A stretch of 61,179 bases of DNA, the filler included, from Globobulimina sp. (Eukaryota), in the NCBI GenBank assembly GCA_003354225.1. It is 19 parts of 19 records of this genome, joined end to end, with 100 filler letters (N's around TTAATTAATTAA, not from the genome) between each part and the next. Parts side by side here need not be neighbours in the genome. Positions count along the whole stretch, not along the records: positions 58,058 to 61,179 come from PIVH01003670.1; 18 more parts are not named here. One strand, written 5' to 3'. Made by a program: the position numbers and the translations under genes. A model generated the notes under the pieces. That model was not told the DNA's origin. It did no database searches and saw nothing but the letters and a program-made list of their open reading frames with translations. Positions within the stretch are counted from its first letter, which is position 1, and each line of letters opens with the position of its first letter. This document shows positions 58,216 through 61,179 of the stretch, one piece after another.

Positions 58216-60019
58216 AATCACGTAATTGCTTATCTATATACGGTATGGTCCATATACAATAATGAAAAAACATACACTTAAACACTTCAAGATATTCATC
58301 CTAAATATTACACATATAAATGAATGTACATATAATTTAACAGCAACATACCTTGTATTCATTCATAATAAACGATAGAAAGTAGGAACTCGCAAATTTC
58401 TGTGCAGAGGATTTAACAATACGCACATCGCAGATTATTAACTTAGTTATCTCAATAAAGCAATACTGCCGTTCATTGGAACCTTTTTGACTTTTATTAT
58501 CCACCAGTTTTTGAAACCGTTTATAAGCTTCAAACACTGATTTCTGATTTGATGATATTGACCTTACAATTAATCCAATTGCCATTTCTAAGTCACTCTG
58601 AAAGTTACCACCATTCGCTTCAAACGAAGTGACCAAACTATCATATTGTTTGTACACTGCCTTGTAATGTTTGGACACTTTTGCTAGCTCTTCCTCGTAC
58701 GGATACCACTGTTGTTTCTCATCAATCACATTCTGTTTTGCTTCTACAGCAACGGCAGAAGCCGCAGCCGCAGCGGCCGCATTCACTGCATTTATTTGTG
58801 TTTGTTTTGCCAAATCTTGTCGTTTCTGCTCAGCCGCAGCGGCGGCCACAGCGTCAGCGGCCATTTGCTGTTTTTTTAGTTTTTCAGCATTCATATTATG
58901 TTTCCTTGCTTTTTCAATTGCGATTTCTTTTGCTTTTTGAACAGTAATTTTGTGCTCCATTGTTTGCAATTGTTGCAGTAAAATATTATTCTGTCTCTGC
59001 CGAGCTTGTATGCGCGTTTTGGTATCTTCGTGCACCGCATTCACATTATCCAGATGTTTGTTGACCACCTCGGTCAAAGCCATATTACTTTGCGAGAACT
59101 CACTGCAAATTCCCACTGCTCCGCTGACGATATTACTCGCTGCAGCTAATGGACTGTGGCGGTCGCTGTGAGCTTGCAATTTGCTCTCCGATATCTGTGA
59201 TTGTTTTAATTTAGTTTTATCCGCATAGATTTTATCCATTTCTTGGATATTTCGTGTGCTCCATTCACGCGATAACCGCTTGTTTTCTTCCTGTTGCTGG
59301 TCAATGGACAACTTATGATTCGCCATTGGTGATAATAAGGATACATTGTTATACATGGACGACCTGCGACCGATGCTGCTGATGTCTGAAAATCGTAATT
59401 TTGAGCGGATTTTGTCATGAATGGGCGTAAAATCATCAGTTAGATCAGCAAAAGCCAGCGCAGATTGGTCAGGATCGTCCATTAATTCATCGATAGTGTT
59501 AATGATTGGCGGTGATATGCCATTTTTGGATTTTTTTTTCAAAATTCCTGTATGTACATTGTAGGTTAAGTCATTGTCGATGTCATCAATTTTACGCGTC
59601 ACGCGATTGATGTCGGCAACGTCCATTTTAAAGTGGGAGACGCCTTCGACTTTCTTGGCTGCTTCAAATAATAAATTAATACCGAACAACATGGTTTTGT
59701 TGCTTTTTTCGAGGGTGCTACGGGATGATGCTATGAATGAAGGTTCTTGTTGATAGGGTGGATGGTGCCGATTAGGGGATTCTTGGTTGGAATTAGAGTG
59801 TGAGTCATCATCGGATATATTTTTGGTTTTGGTGGGTGATGGCGATCTTCGTGGTAAGGGATGTTTAGTGGTGTTATTGTCGGAAACGCCTAATTTTAAT
59901 AATCCATCTAATACATCTTGTAAGTCGTCTGGGGAGAATTTATTGTCGTCATTGTAGAGTTTGTTGCTTTGCATTGATTGAGGAGTACTGTTTTTAAACA
60001 ACACTGCTGAGGTTGCCAT
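58216..60019 (-). CDS. GLE1: mRNA export factor GLE1-like, intron 58301..58351, 3'-broken
   Basis: Ser/Pro-rich N-terminus, central coiled coil, then IVRSISSNQKSV..YCFIEITKLII..KFASSY and, after splicing, FFHYCIWTIPY, resembling the start of the GLE1 domain. Confidence 0.6.
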
Positions 60020-60096
60020 GTTGTCAAAGAGGTGAGTAAAAAATGCTATTGTTTTAAAATTCAAAAATCGGAATTATCGGAAAACTTTAATAGCCA

Positions 60097-61027
60097 ATGA
60101 CACCTTTATTATTAATAATTTCTGCTGTTATTACAGTATGTTTTGATGCATATTCGTTTACTTGTTCATCCACAAATATTTAAAAAAGATATCATTTGGA
60201 CAACGTCGTTATATTATCGACAATGATTCAGACACAGGTGATAACGTAGCACTTCCTATCGATGTATGTTTTAAAAACAAAGTACAAGGAACAACATACT
60301 TAAAGTATACATGCAACGGTGCTAATAACCAAGTTACAAAAACAGAATATTCTGATGCATCATGTACTGCTCCAACAACCACAACATCTGTAACTTGGAC
60401 TTCCTCTGCGCAAACACCATGCGCTGGGCAAGATAAATTTAATTGTATTGGCACTGATGAATATGTGATGACTGGAGTATATGCGGCAACATCTGCATCA
60501 TGTACAAACTTTTTAGCCTCAACAGAATTGCCAGCTGTTCTTGGTTGTTATTGTGATTCATCCACATCTTCATATACGTTACGTTAATGGTATATATATA
60601 TATATATATATGTATTAATTTATGTTTTTATGTCTATTAATATAGCGCTGATTGTACAAGCAGTAGCAGCGGAAGTATAAATAAATGGGGTTCGAGCACA
60701 CAATGTTCGAATACTGTAACAACAGCACAGTCTTTGGATACATGTTATGAAGCATTTACATACAGTTACAGTGGAATGGATATTCCAATATCTGTGCAAA
60801 TAACAGATTGTATTTTAGCATCGAGCACACCGGCACCGTCAAGTGGTGGTAGTACACCTTCGCCGTTGCCCGCAGGTCTTACCAACGCACCAACACAATT
60901 AACAACAGCATCGCCAGCAAGCTCTCCTAACACTGATATTTTTGGTAGCGGTGGTAATGTTGATGTGTTATTCGTATATTATAATATTTTGTTTACAGCA
61001 TTAGTTTTAACGGCATTGTATGTGTAA
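60097..61027 (+). CDS. Secreted Cys/Thr-rich, probably GPI-anchored surface protein; introns 60136..60188 and 60578..60645
   Basis: Spliced N-terminus MTPLLLIISAVIT|ISFGQ is a signal peptide. Repeated Cys modules (YTC..YSDASC), a Ser/Pro/Thr linker and a hydrophobic C-terminus. Both introns restore the frame. Confidence 0.8.
60591..60610 (+). repeat. (TA)10 microsatellite inside an intron
   Basis: tatatatata tatatatata read directly. Confidence 0.9.
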
Positions 61028-61179
61028 AATACTATTATTAATTGTTTTGTTTTTTGTTTTGTGTGTAAAAACGGAATTTATTGTATGCATTCGGCGTTTT
61101 TGCTTTATCGTAAAAATATGTTTTTAAACAGAAAAAATTAGTTTTTTCTCTTACAATAAATTTCGTTGCATCAAACATT

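Noticed and set aside
1-61179. rRNA, tRNA or CRISPR arrays
   Set aside because: None recognised by eye. tRNAscan-SE, Infernal and a CRISPR finder would be needed to exclude them formally.

Overview
This window is not a contiguous locus. It is 19 unrelated contigs of 3128 down to 3122 bp, sorted by length and joined by 18 artificial 100-bp spacers (N44-TTAATTAATTAA-N44), so adjacency across spacers has no biological meaning. Most contigs are nuclear DNA of an AT-rich, gene-dense eukaryote with short GT-AG introns (mostly 51-68 nt). I infer a protist, possibly a foraminiferan or other rhizarian from a single-cell amplified library, but cannot confirm this from the sequence alone. Recognisable eukaryotic genes include a TauE transporter, PPIL3, an SLC38-type transporter, an SDR, VPS8, GLE1, an outer-arm dynein heavy chain, a ZMYND12-like fragment, TPR-SET, DnaJ, JmjC and a C45 Ntn-hydrolase. 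Three transposon classes are present: Helitron RepHel, Mutator-like DDE and a non-LTR RT-RNase H element. One contig is a Bacteroidota-like phage lysis region, and at least two contigs join eukaryotic and bacterial sequence (probable amplification chimeras). The most striking item is a spliced ~599-aa gene (30253..32111) carrying a cytoplasmic-dynein stalk and microtubule-binding domain with no AAA+ motor, fused to SAM-like and TRIM-like coiled-coil regions. Other highlights are a 3x CDC48-N-subdomain/UIM/RING ligase, a Zn-ribbon DEAD-box pseudo-helicase, a signal-peptide-bearing ribosomal-oxygenase-type JmjC protein, and an unrecognised intronless multi-ORF element. All family calls come from reading motifs by eye; no searches were run.
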